Assembly: GCA_020137815.1 (NCBI GenBank)
Contig: CM035351.1
Location: 3,534,001-3,598,000 of the forward strand
Direction of reading: 5' to 3'
DNA length: 64,000 bases
Origin: Hormiphora californensis
Lineage: Eukaryota; Animalia; Ctenophora
The translations under genes were made by a program, and so were the position numbers. Under the pieces are notes generated by a model. The model saw nothing but the letters and a program-made list of their open reading frames with translations. It did not search any database and was not told the origin of the DNA. Positions 36,401-49,537 of this stretch are shown here, piece after piece; position 1 is the stretch's first letter, and each line of letters begins with the position of its first letter.

Positions 36401-37343
36401 CTATAGCGCTGGCATGGGCGGCACGGATTTTGGTGTGAGCTATTGCTAATGCAGATGCACAAGTCTGCTTCATGCTGGTAGCAGTGGTCTGTAGAACGGA
36501 CAAATAGCTGTTCATTTCCTCTTTTACAACAGTCTGGACAGGGGCAGAGCTGGGAATCAGAGGAGACCGGCCATGTCTGCAATCAATTTAACCTTCTTGT
36601 TTGTATCACGATTCGAAATTTTGCTGGTAGTGACCTTGTTTTGGTCAAATTTGCCACCCTCCTTGTTGAAGTCAGGGTAGCCCCCAATTCTTCTCATAGT
36701 AGCTAGCTGCTAGGGGTTGAGGTCTCCAGACTCCAGCCAAATGAACTCCGCTAAACTTGCATAATCGCCAGGAACTGAATATTGCCATGTTGAGAACAAG
36801 TGTACTGGGTCAGGAACACTAGAAGTTGCACAAATTGTGCAGAAAGCTGCTCGAGATATAAAATAGATAAGCGATGAAAATAGATAAGCGATGAAATAGA
36901 AAAGCGATGAAAATAGATAAGTGATGAAAATAGATATAAGCGATGAAAATTGGTCTGAACAAAACCACACGGAGCTCAAAGTGGATAACATTTCTGGCCT
37001 AGAGCGCTCCATTCAGTGCTGCCTGTAGCGGGAATACGGTGTCTGAATAATGCGGTATCTGACCATTACGGTTTCTTGGCGTAGTATTGGGTGTAGTATA
37101 GGGCGTGAGAGCTTCACTCTCTGGCGTTCTGATTGGTCACGCTTGCACATCTTCTTACCGTGTTTCACTGATACCGTGTTTCACCGATACCAAATTCTCG
37201 CTACAAGCAGCCTTGATACACGTGAAATTGGCCGCCTTTTAACACGACCTAGCATGTATGCTATAGCTTAGAGTGATCATACGTTTATAATATTCTATTC
37301 ATTCGTTCAGTTTGTAGACCTGTGTGCGAGAGTCTGAATTATA

Positions 37344-38825
37344 ATGTCATACACGATGAATAACACTAAACGATGGACTTTAATTGTCTACGAAGGGTCC
37401 TGCACTTTTCTAACAATCCTCCTCAACTCTTTAGTGATAGCAGTTATTGTTCTGAAAGTGAGTATGTATATTACAAGTCCCTCTCAACTCTCAAGTTCTC
37501 AAGTGATGTTTGCGACTTTTTCAGGTTAAAATATCAAACGCTCCTGGCACCGTACCGATATTAACTGCCTCCTGTTTTGGTCTCCTATACGGGTTTGGAT
37601 TTCTCCTGTTTCATACCATAGCATTGGTTGAAAATGAATGGCCTGGTTCTTTTGAGTGGTGCGTGACTGCCAGTATTCTTAGCTACTACATCGTGTACGG
37701 CATCATCTACAGCTCTACACTTGTCACACTGGAGGTAAGAGATAGTAAGTTTTATAAAGGAGTAAAAATATATTTATGAAGGAGCAGCTCCCAATGAATG
37801 AATGAATGAAGGTTATCACCATGTAGCTCAATAACTAACATTCTATAACATTTCTCCCCCAATATAGATGGCCTACTTCATTTTCAATCCGCTGACGTAC
37901 GACAGGAAAAGTTCCCTAAAGTATCTAATACTAGCTACTTGTGCTGTCTGGGGGATTCATCTTCCAATAATGATATGTCACTACTTCCCTCTATTTCCTG
38001 AAAATATGAAGGCAACTGTGGAGAAACTTGGATATTCTGAAGAAAATTTTGATGAGATTGTAATAAAAAACAAGTTTCCCTATTATGAAGACGAGTACTA
38101 CAGATTTTGTGTAAGGTATTGGGTAGTCACATCAATTGACTATACATTTCTGGTTCTGAACATTCTTGTTTTAAACTGCACTGCTTTTGGCCTTACTGTT
38201 GCGGCATTTTTCGCTATTATTCGGAAAGTTTACTCCAGTAGGAGGACATTCGGAGATCGTGATAGTGATACTGCAGAAAGTCAAATTAGGATAAGGCGGC
38301 AAAACACGAAATTAATAAAACGATCCGTCATAGTTTCCTCCTTCACTCTGTTACCATGGCTGCCGAATCTTTTCATTTCCATTTTCGAAACTGTGGCATC
38401 GATAGTCGATTACGACTGGTTAGTTGAAACAGTGAAAGGTATAATTGATGAGTGGTATTTTCTAGTTGACTTTGCAGTGTTTCTTTACCACATAGTTCCC
38501 TGGATCTACCCCCTTCTAAACATACTCATGGAACCAAACATCAGAAAAGGAATCAAAGCATTCAAGAGGTATAAAGTCGAATTCTCTGAAGTTGTCACCC
38601 CCAAATGCAAGTGCGTGTGAAATTTATCAATTTATCAACGAGAAAGGGACGTGAGAACTTCAAAAAATCCGAATTTACAAGGTTTTTTCTTCTTTTAAGT
38701 TTTAAAAATCTGATTTTATTGAACAACACAGTTTCTTTTTCAGAGATAAGGTAACTACAGGCCCAGTAAGGCCAAAAAGAGATAACATAATGGCTAAAGG
38801 CGGAGTGCGACGACTCACGGTGTAG
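37344..38825 (+). CDS. 7TM GPCR paralog 4 (4 exons, apparently intact)
   Basis: Same exon structure as paralog 3. The C-terminus RDKVTTGPVRPKRDNIMAKGGVRRLTV* ends in a class I PDZ-like T-x-V-type tail (LTV). Confidence 0.85.
38574..38675. mobile_element. Tiny MITE (same family as 24104-24220) inserted 5 nt into GPCR4 intron 3
   Basis: gtaTA[aagtcgaa...ccgaatt]TAcaagg versus empty gtatacaagg in GPCR2. Confidence 0.7.
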
Positions 38826-39303
38826 CTTGCCACAAACCACAAGCTACGTCACGTTAATTTCGTTGCAGAATAGAGTTTCCGCCTTGATCCGCCTTATCGA
38901 AATGTGAACAGACAATATTATCTTGTATGGAGTCAACTAACATATTATTCTGTAGTTAAAGGGATACTGACATATTCAAATCGACCATCTCAAATTTTAG
39001 TAAAACATTGCCCAATCACATCATCTGAGAGAATAAATACATTGTGTCGAAGTCCGAGCTCTCTACTCCCTCTACTTCTCAAGATATAGGGTCCCAAATA
39101 TTAACACCCACTAATTGGTTATGGTAAGAGGAGGAGACCAGCATTACAGATTACAGGTAAACACGAGCCTGTTTATATGTCATTATCTCAGCTAATACAC
39201 ATGCGATTTTGACCGGGTTTTTTCTAAAACCTTTAAGACCACTTCTAGTTTCTGTTTTTGGTTTCCATTTGTCTCTAGACTTGTCATGAATAGATAGAAC
39301 TAT

Positions 39304-40737
39304 TAGGGTGATTCATAATGATTTTCGCTAGGTACTTCTGGATCGCTAGTGATGATAGAGACCAAAAATTTCTACAGGATCTTTTAGTTTGGACTATTTG
39401 TTAACCCTAAGACCATGTTTAAAGTTTTCAATGACAAAATTTTACCGGTGACGGACTATTTATGAAGTTCAGTTTTGTTCCGGTCTCACAACCCAAATTT
39501 CAGTCCTTGGTTTTAACCCTGTAGAGGCCGTAAATTGATTCCAATGGATCCAGGACTTTTTATAGGGGAAGAAAGACATCTTTTTGGGACATTTGTGTAA
39601 AAATTAAATCTAAATCCAATTTTCACGTTTTATTTTGTGGGCTATTTTTAGAAATTGGTCAAAAACCCATTTTTTCACTTTAAAAGGCTGTCACCACGGA
39701 CCTGGTTGGTCTTTTGCCAAGATTGAAAGCTCAAATTGTAAATTAAGCTTAGCTCTACATGATCCTAAAGTTATTTGGCGGTTTTGGATGTCTTAGAAGG
39801 CCTAAAATTGAAGTTCAACAAGAATTATTGCATTATGTATTCATAATGCTGTGTTTCCCTGCCCTGCCGTTTCACGTATCACTGCCAACAGGATCAAGGC
39901 TTGGTCGTAATGTAATGTGAGATGCATACGATCTAGCTGTCAGACGTCAGTATACTTCTCACATAGCTTAGCTAACTCACATGACACTTGCTAACTAGCT
40001 TTTGACTACTACTTATCTAACCTTTCACATTCGACTCGCAAGATGACCATGTGTATGTAACACGCGAAACGCGCGGCAGCGCTATTTCATGTTTTGTTGA
40101 GTGGCGCGCGCACACCACGTCCAAGGAATCGCGTCGTTTGTTTGTTTTGATAAAGGAGCACCCTGTTGTTGTGTGCGCGGCTCCAGTTGCTACGCCGTTG
40201 CCCTCGCAACGAAAGTGTGACCAAAATGGTCCCTCTACCGATTAGTTAGTATACCAAAATGTCGTTTTCGAATTCTAACCCTGCTATGCCTTTTTACAAA
40301 GTAAAAAGGCATCCGGGTGAATGCCTTCGGCATTCACCCGGGCAGGGAAAAAATGTTGCCCGAAAACAGGTGATTTGAAATCACATTTTTTGCCACTTTT
40401 TGGGCGATTTTTAGCACCCTACTCCAATCCAGCAACTTTTTCGGCTCAAAATGGGTTGTTTCCGATGACAACTGATAGAATGGACTACCTTATGTGTGAA
40501 AACGGCTAATTCTCAAAAAATTTACTTGCATTTTGACCATATTTTGATACGGGAGACGGCATAGTGGCCAACCACTAGAAAACGGGCTATAGCCTTTGGA
40601 AGAAAAATAGACTGGTCCCTAAAAATGGTGTCGTGAGATCAAAATTTCGTGCTGAACAAGTTCCTGTAAAAAATTTAGGGCTCGGATGAACGAAACCCCG
40701 AAAAAATAGCTAGCGAAAATCATTATGAATCACTCTA
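39304..40737. mobile_element. hAT-like MITE nested in the Kolobok-like element
   Basis: 28-bp TIRs TAGGGTGATTCATAATGATTTTCGCTAG and CTAGCGAAAATCATTATGAATCACTCTA. TSD unclear. Confidence 0.65.
39817..40352 (-). mobile_element. HINE family B, full copy nested in the hAT-like MITE
   Basis: subTIRs tttccctgccc (39854-39864) and gggcagggaaa (40340-40350); palindrome ccgggtgaatgcc-ttc-ggcattcacccgg; terminal hairpin gcattatg/cataatgc. Confidence 0.7.
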
Positions 40738-42088
40738 GTATAACTAAGCAAGACGGTGATTTTTTGAAATGTATGCCTTCTTAGAACAATATTATCATGG
40801 TATACAGTAACTAATGTCAATCAGACTTGGCTGTACTTCCTCAATTTTACATACAAATTGTTAGTATTTAGCCCCTAGTCAATAACATAGTCAATAGTTA
40901 TCAACTATTCAGCCCTGAAATGAATATTGTATCCTAGGAGAGTATGAACTGAAAAATTTAGCAAAATAATTGGTATAAAAGGCAAAACCACTAAACCCGA
41001 CTAATTTTGATACGTTGAATCACGTGAGCAACTTTGGCAAGCGCCCAGGGGTGGAGAAAGTGACCTAATTGAACATAATCGGGTCTAATTGATCGTAACT
41101 GTAACTTATCGCATGAAAACGTTATCAATTCATGTAAGAGCACTATCACCACTAATTTTGATACGCTGAATCACGTAAGCGGCTTTTCCAAGCCGTCAGA
41201 GTTGAAGAAAGTGTCCTAATTGAGCATAATTTAGTCTAATTGGGGATAATTGCATTTTTCAACTGGAAATGCTGAAAGATCGCATGTGGGGCACTTTACA
41301 CACTAATTTTGATACACTGAATCACGTGAGCAACTTTTCCAAGTCCTCAGAGGTCGGCAAAGTGCCCTAATTGCCCATAATTGGGTCTAATTGACCTTAC
41401 TCCAGTTTACCTCAAACTGCACTGTTTACTTGTTTATTTACTGATTTTTTTGGTCATTCTGATACAGATCATAAGAAAATACTAAAAATTTAAAACATTT
41501 CTAACTTCCAGAAAAAAATCCGGTCAAAATCGTGCATGTGAAAGTTGAGATATTGACAGATAAACAGACTCGTGTTTACATGTAATTTGCAATAAAACTC
41601 TCCCCCTATACCATAACCAATTACGAAGTGCTAAAAGGTGGGGCCCTATATCTTGAGAACGAGAGGGAGTAGAGAGTTCGCACTTCGACTCATCCTATTT
41701 TTATCTCCCAACCAGTTACCACACCCAGGATCGTTGAAAAAGTCAAAATTTTTTGAATATGTCAGTATCCCTTTAAGTACGCTTCCTTTAGCTGTGTGTG
41801 TGTTAACAAGAGTGAATAAACTTTCAATTCTATTATACGTTGCTTTTAAACGCTTTTAAAGTTGTGAAATTATAGCTCCCTCATGTCGCCATTATTTTTC
41901 GAGTTTCCTGAATTCACAAAACATAAGATTCACGTTGCGTTCTAATTGTGAAATTCAAGTTTTTATCCTGTCACAAAGGACAGGTCATTATATCTCAACG
42001 ATACATTATCAGTCTTTCCTTGCATTCACGTGTGTTGTGAAAACCGTTGTTGAGTAAGGGGTGTTCTAAGTTCTTTCACAACCGTGCA

Positions 42089-43425
42089 ATGAACCTGAGT
42101 ACAGCTGGTGGTACAGGGGAACCGGTGGATTATACGGCTGGTGTTACGATGGGTTCAGTAGAACAGGACATCCGACTGACCTTCAACACATTCTGCACCC
42201 TGCTTGCTACCCTTGCAAATCTCTCTGTCATTGCTCTCATGATCTATGGGAAACGGGTAGGTCCTACTACTAGCCATGTATTTTAGTTATGCTTAGAAGA
42301 TAGACTTCCAAATCACGTTAATGAGGCTGCATCTCCCAGGCTAAGTTATCATTTGAACCTTCCAACATACCCATTGGTGTTGCCTCTGTGCTCGGACTTT
42401 TCTACGGGCTAGGAATTCTACTGATGAGGACGATTGCTGTGGGGGTACTGGGCTGGCCGAACGGAACCCCCAGAGACTGGTGTCGAATAACTGCGGTCAT
42501 TTCCAAGCACATTGTGTATGCGACAATCTACTGTGCTACTGTCATAACCATGGAGGTAGGACAGAAGTGTTTTTGAATCGTTTTCTTTAGAGAAAGAGTA
42601 GTTATAAACTCTAGATACTTGAGAGATCGTAAAATTATTCTTTCAATACTCTTGTTTCAGGCAGGATACATGATCTACAGACCCCTGGGGTATGACAGGG
42701 AGAGCAGGCGAGCCAGGCTCGTGATGCTATTCGCAACTCTTTGTGCAGTCACCATCCACCTGCCCCTGACAGTGGCCCATTTCATGTTCCTGTTCCCGGA
42801 CAACCTGAAAAGCACGATTATCGACGCAGTGGGCGGGGATGAGGAGAGGGGAATTGGAGCATTCGATTTCCTCATGGCTATGCCAATGCCAGTCTATTAC
42901 ATGTCGTCCAAGGCTTCCTGCTACAGGTACTTCATAGCCGGGTCACTGGACGAAGGGATCATCGTTAATTCTCTCCTGGCACTTCACTTCCTGGCCCTGG
43001 CCCTCGTTCTACTTTCCTTCCTTGCAATCCTACACGTTATCCTACAAAGCCGGAAACAGTTCAAGGTGTCATCCTTCCGGAGGCGGGAACAAAACCGGAG
43101 AGTTGGAAGCACCGCCATCTTGGCTACCTCATTCACCCTGTTGCCATGGCTACCTAACGTTGTGACGTCACTTGCACTGAGGGTGGAAAGTAACTACCAG
43201 TGGCTCCTCCAGCAACCATCTGACCACTACATTTGGAACCTGATTGATGCCACCAACTACCTCTACTACCTAGTCCCCGGGATTTTCCCTGTCCTGTGCA
43301 TGTACTCAAACCCTGCACTGGTGAGGATGAGGGTTGCGCTTGTGAAACAGGTTACTGGCCAGAAAGCCGACACGAAATCAACAGTTGCTAGAAGCTGTGT
43401 TGTGGTTCAAAACACCAACTGCTGA
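42089..43425 (+). CDS. 7TM GPCR paralog 5 (divergent; exons 42089-42256, 42340-42555, 42661-43425)
   Basis: Same first two intron positions as the other paralogs. TME|AGYMIYRPLGY, SFTLLPWLPN and YLVPGIFPVLCMYSNP. Confidence 0.85.
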
Positions 43426-46400
43426 ACTATATCAACAATCAACAATCAACAATCAACATTCTACAATCAACAAAACAAGGCGATATCATGGAAAATAAAA
43501 AGGCTGGTGGACAACTGCAAAACTAAAAACAGCTGATAAAAAGGCTCGGCAGAACAGATAGAATGCTGAAGGGCGAACTGCAACTGATGTTTTTGAAGTG
43601 AGGAAAAAAAGAAGTGTGTCTACTACTATGGTCTACGATAAACTGCAGAGGCTACAACAAACTGTAATTTTTTGTCCAAAGTGAATTAAACTTGGCCGTT
43701 ATTATAATAGGTGTGCATGGTGGTTTGTGTCTAACTATTCGCAGTACACTATTATCATGAGTCTAACTATATCTGCAGTACACACAGCGTTGTGAAACAT
43801 GTATATATTGCATGTGCCTCACATGAAATGTTGCATGTCTAGAGATCAGCTGCCCCCCTCTATCGGCTTGATTGGCTGCTGTCACGGGATCAATACAGTT
43901 GGTCCAGAAAAGTGAGATCGTTACTTTTACTAAAGAGAGCTCAGTGAGATCGTTATTTTTAGTAGAGAGAGATCTGTTCGAACAAACATATATTTCGCTA
44001 TGAGCTGCTCTCATGTACCTACAATCCGTGCAATCTAGAAATTAAACCGTGACTCCTAGTATGCAGTTAGTACCAAATGTCATATATATATGCATGCAAC
44101 TCATAACCCAAGCCACATACCATGTGAATTGTGATACACTTAGAACACGTTTTCACTGATTGCTAAACAAGCATAACGGTTATATCATTATAGGTTAAAG
44201 GTATAAGTAACAACCCAGTTTTGAAAATAAGCTATAATATGTAGATCGCGAATTCAAGATTAAGAAAATCGAGAATGCACTTTATAGCGGTGCGGACATT
44301 GCTCCCCGTTGCCATGTCCTAAAATCAGGTTTTGTAACATAGTGGAAAGCATGGGAATGCAGTGATAGTGTGACCTGGGACCGGGGAAAAGGGTGACTTA
44401 GGTGCTTAAAGAGATTACCCAGTTTTACATAATCTCTTTATGAAAAACGTGATTAATGTTCAGGAATTTATCATCAATCTATCATTTAACGGTATCACAA
44501 ATATAAAAATAGCTATCAGTAACATTATTCAGTAAAGAGATCTGAATTTACATCATGATTATATGAAAGTAAGCCCGTAGGTAAGCAGGTCTACGAAACC
44601 AAATCTAACTCTCAAACAAACTGCTCTCAAACAAACTACCCATATGTTACACCCTCTAACAAGACCCAGGTAGCTCTCTTCTCTCCCCCTCGTCTCTCCC
44701 CCTCCACAATAGTTACTGTGGTACTGGGCTTGCCTTTAACTCGATAAACGTGTGTGTGTGTTGGAGAGGAGGGACCCTTATATAATATACTGTCTCAGAC
44801 TTGTTGGCAGACAGCCCAAACTTGGATCAGAGCTTAATTAATTTAACTGAACAACTGAATTCAGGTACAGGGTACTTGTAAATATACTGGTAATTGATAA
44901 AATATTGATATGAATAAAATCCAGCATGCACTGTAAGAGGGCTTGAAAAAGAGAGCGACAACACAAGCACTCCGTAACATAGAAACTAGGGTATAGGGAT
45001 GTACAAGAGCAATTGGAAAAGGATGGCCCTGATGGGTGTAGTGGACCAATTAAACTGAAAACAGCTGTGCAGCTGTAGGCGCCTATCACACAGCTGTTTT
45101 TCAGTTCCACTAGCTACTAAAGTGACTAGCAGTTCCACATGTGGAGGACCTATTAGAGCATGTGTATCTGTCAGGCCAATATGCTTTAACAGAACAAGAG
45201 CCCAACGTGCGAAGTGGCAAGGAGTAAGGAGTAGCGAAGGAGGAAGGGAAAGGAAGGGTTAGATAATTTAGTTCCTACATGAGCTCCCGCAACTGCAGCA
45301 GTGAGTGAGTAGGTGAAAAGTAGCGTCTGAGGTGGCCGGTGTATCTTTAGAGCAGGGAGTGGTCTTGGGCACGGTGTACCCTCTCTTATCCCTAACTAAA
45401 CGTAGCACACTGAACTCGCGAGAGAGTAGAGTAGAGAAAAGAGGGGAGTGGTCGAAACTAAACTTGTCATACTACAGGAATGTAATATCGCACAAGCTTT
45501 ATTCAGCCCGGAGTCCGGAGAGGGCAGTCTTTAGTGAGACAAAACTACACGACAACTACAATAAAACACTCGTGACTCCTGGTCCAGGTAACAACAACAT
45601 GGCGTATTATAGATACAGTGATACACATAATAGACGGGAAACACGTTAGGTACATGAGGTACGGTTCTTGGCAGTAGATCTTTTGTTTAGTACTGCAACT
45701 GAGAGAAAGAGAGGTGTGTGTGGAGAGAGGTAGGTAACTACACTGGTTAAAGTTCCCTATAACAACTCGTTATTGTGACTCTACAAATAGTCGAAAGTGT
45801 TCCATTTCACAGCTCACAGCTGTTTTTTTTTTGGCTCAATTCCACACTCTTGAGATAAGATCTCTCTCATCAACTGTAACTTGATCTGAAGACACACCTG
45901 GATCCACAAGAAGAAAGTTCTATGTAGTATGTCATGGGTTACTTTACCGAACTTAATTACCAAGTTGTCCATTACCACCAATCACCATCAACTCGACTAC
46001 CTCATTCAAGCATTTCTATGGAGACACTATGTAGCAAGAAGCATATCACGTGTGAAGCAACTGAGGTTACAAATGGTTACCTGCCAATAATAGGAACCCA
46101 ACAACAAAGATGCGGGGAGGTATTACAACGGGGCGAGGAGGCATTAGAAATCTCCCTTCCAGGTTTAGTAATCTGATATAGCTGCCTTTAACCGAATTCT
46201 AGGAGCATGCTTTATTGATGGGTTTCCGATAGGTGAGGTAAGAGGTTACAGATAACAAAAACTATAACATCATGGCATGGTCATTAGTCATACCCCGATA
46301 TAATATGCAACATATCTCTCAATCCAACCGGCACACAACGTTACACAATATAGCACTGCTAAGGCGTTATAAAAACTAGATACACACATATATATATCAG

Positions 46401-48546
46401 GGTGCGGTCTCTTAGAGGAGATGTTAAAATTAAATGCTTTCACGCACATATAGTGAATATACAAGTGCACTCTGATACCTACACTCCTTGTATCAGACCA
46501 GTACAACACTTTATCGTAAATGGGTTAATTTCTTAGAGAAGGTACTGTTACTATTATAATGTTTTCATAGAGGCAAGGAGAAACTTTAGAGTACAACAAA
46601 CTGTGAGTTGTGACGTGCTAGCTGCAATCTTTCAGACAAAGGCTGCGGTGTAGTGCTCCAACCTTTTCTGCATAATGTATGGGTGGAGAGAGTACAGAGG
46701 GGAATAAAGAGAGTATGAAAATATTTTGAGTCTTTCTATTATCCCTATAAGGTGAGGGTGCAGTGGACGAATGCTCACCAAATATGAGATCAACGAAAAG
46801 TAATGTACTGGTGAAAAAGCTGAAATCAACGTGTGAGGTGCATTATTATGCCTTGTAACAGGGCTTTTAAATAACGCATACCAACGAAAATAACTACCGA
46901 AATTATTGTAATGTAGGTGATGAAAGGAGTGTCACGAGAGAAATCAATCTGAGAACAACGACACAGAGGGAGGGAGAAAGCTAAAGGCAGCGGAAGTAAG
47001 CTCACCTGAGCTTCATGGAGAGAGAAAAACAAACACACACATCAGAATCTAGAGGAAGATAAACATAACATCCACCCTAACCCTTCACTTACCCATTGTA
47101 TTGTGGACCATCCATGTCAGAGGAGATGAATGAATCTCGCGTGGTCACTAAAGTATCGCCCAACAACAGCTGCTGTAGTTCAGGCGTCAACAACAGGTCT
47201 TTGACAAACAATGGCAGTCTGATAATCTGGGTACATTGGGGCTACACCGCGGTGCAGCAGCTAAAATAACAATCTTTCATCACACTGTTGAATAATCAGT
47301 GCCACTAAATATTATATTAGGGTAGTGCTATAATATATCACATTTTGACTGGAAGGTTCCATACAAACAGTGGACCATAACGAGAAAATATTAAGGCACG
47401 TGATGCTAAAGAAGAGGCAGGATAATTAATTGACAGATGCTGAATTAAATTTAAAAAATAAGCTGTTATAAATTGAGGCAGTAGTTTCTATCATAATGCA
47501 ATCAGAGAGTGGCATATGAGTATATGGCAAAATGAGTTAGGGACTCATTGCATGATTACTGAAAATTACAGGTGTGGCTCACCGGAGTAGAACCATATAA
47601 CACCGGTGCTGCTGCAGTCACGACGTGTGACAATGGGGTTCGAGACGAAACCCCCTATAGTACTCAACAAGAGAAAAGGTACGGATATCAAACTTACGGC
47701 AGATGCAGAGCGAATGGTGACGGTGACAAGAGAAAAGGGTTCGATTGCGGGACAGAAGAACCATGGGTAACAAACTTACGGATGGTGCATGGCCATGGTA
47801 AGATTGTTACTTTAACTAAGAGAGAGAGAGAGGGGAAGAGGTGATGGTGCAGTTCAGTACTAATGTGATCCTAGCTCGCAGAAAACCTGATTACACACAC
47901 ACCTACCACGCTATAGCTCTCATCTGTAAGAGACTACGTCATCAAAAACCAAAATGGGGGGGGGGGGGCAGTAGTCTAATGGGTGGCATACAGAACGATC
48001 TCAAGAACACGGATAGTTCCTTGTGGGTTTATCCCAGGCACCCTGGAAGAAAAAGAAGAAGGCGGAAGTGGTCGTGGTTACTTAGTATAATGCTACTGGG
48101 TCTTATACACACTTGGAAGCATGTACACTCGTGGGGTCTTTTAATGCACGCAGAAGTCTTTTTAGACCGCTCTAGGTATTGAAGGAAGGCTGTATGGCAA
48201 TGTCAGACCCCGTTTTGACAGTGTGTGTAAAAGTAGTGATGTAGCAGATATACAGCAGGTACAACCGATCGAAATTCTACACATTTTGTTTGATTTTAGA
48301 GGGATGGAGGGGGTGAAAGAGATAGAGAGAGAAAGAAAATAAAGTGAGATAGAGAAGGATATAGGAGAGACTTTGAATAGAAAAGCTCAAAGAATTGAAG
48401 TCTTTGTTTCTTTAAATGGAGAAAGCATATTGCTTGAATGACCGTCCCACAAGTGAAAAGTGCTTCAATTTTTGTGACACCCGCCTACTAGAAGAATATA
48501 TACCACATAAAGCCAAAATTACTTCCGGCTTTCGCATCCTGATCCT

Positions 48547-48800
48547 TCAATCCTTCGATCTAATTAATAACACTATTGAACTATTCAACGCTATCAGGAC
48601 TAGTTTATACTGAGTAGAATATAGAGATGAACACAAACCTATACAAATTGATAGTAAGCAAACTAAAGCTGTGTTCGTATGCATGAGTCCACAATGATGC
48701 AGAGGCCGGTACATTAGAGCAAATCGTTCAAGCAATATTAATATAAGGAGGGGGACAAGTTATGGAATAGCAAATCAGAGAGCGAGTTAGAAATAGAAAG
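48547..48800 (-). pseudogene. Possible GPCR TM3-TM4 fragment
   Basis: PLLILILLERFALMYRPLHH...TALVCLLSICIGLCSSL resembles the class A ERF...P..Y region. Frameshifted upstream and stopped downstream. Confidence 0.3.
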
Positions 48801-49247
48801 AGAGGGTGAGTATCTGATACGCAGGGACAGAGTGAGATTCATATCCATAAACAAATTGGGGGCAACAGATTGTATCAAGGTATCAAGGAGAGGGCACGGT
48901 ATCAAATGAGAGGAGAGGGGCACGGTATATCAAATGAGAGGGGAGGGCACGGTATCGAAGGAGAGGAGGGGGGGGGGGCACGGTATCGAAGGAGGGGTGA
49001 TATGTTGGAAGACATCTCTCAACAGGGAGATATAGCTTACCTATCATACGGTGATTGGACGACGTTGTTGTTCTTCATATTCCTCTTCAATCAGCGACAA
49101 CATCGATTACAGAGAGAGACCTCTCCAATACATATCAAAACATAGGGCGACCTGGCGAAAGATGAACCAGCTGCTATAAGAGGATCACTCAAGAGAAAAG
49201 AGAGAGGGGGCTGTAAATATAATGTGGAAGAATACTCTATTACAGGG

Positions 49248-49288
<41 letters not shown>

Positions 49289-49486
49289 TGGAAGAAAGGC
49301 TATTAGATGTACTGAGAAATCCAATGAGAAATCCAGGGAACGATATGTATATCATGTTTACAGAATAACTCTGGCACTCAACTATTGGTCAGTACGTGTC
49401 TGGGAAGGAATTGCTAAGGAGCTGGTGAAGAGATTTAAACACTCGCATATATTAATGAGAAAAAAGTGAGAAAAAGGGGGCGAGAG

Positions 49487-49537
<51 letters not shown>

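Larger units (their letters stand above)
38960..41772. mobile_element. Kolobok-like non-autonomous DNA transposon with long imperfect TIRs and a TTAA TSD
   Basis: TTAA|AGGGATACTGACATATTCAAA ... TTTGAATATGTCAGTATCCCT|TTAA, with inverted similarity continuing about 250 bp inward. Internal roughly 150-bp tandem repeats at 41000-41400. Flanks match the paralogous empty sites at 29770 and 34600. Confidence 0.75.
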
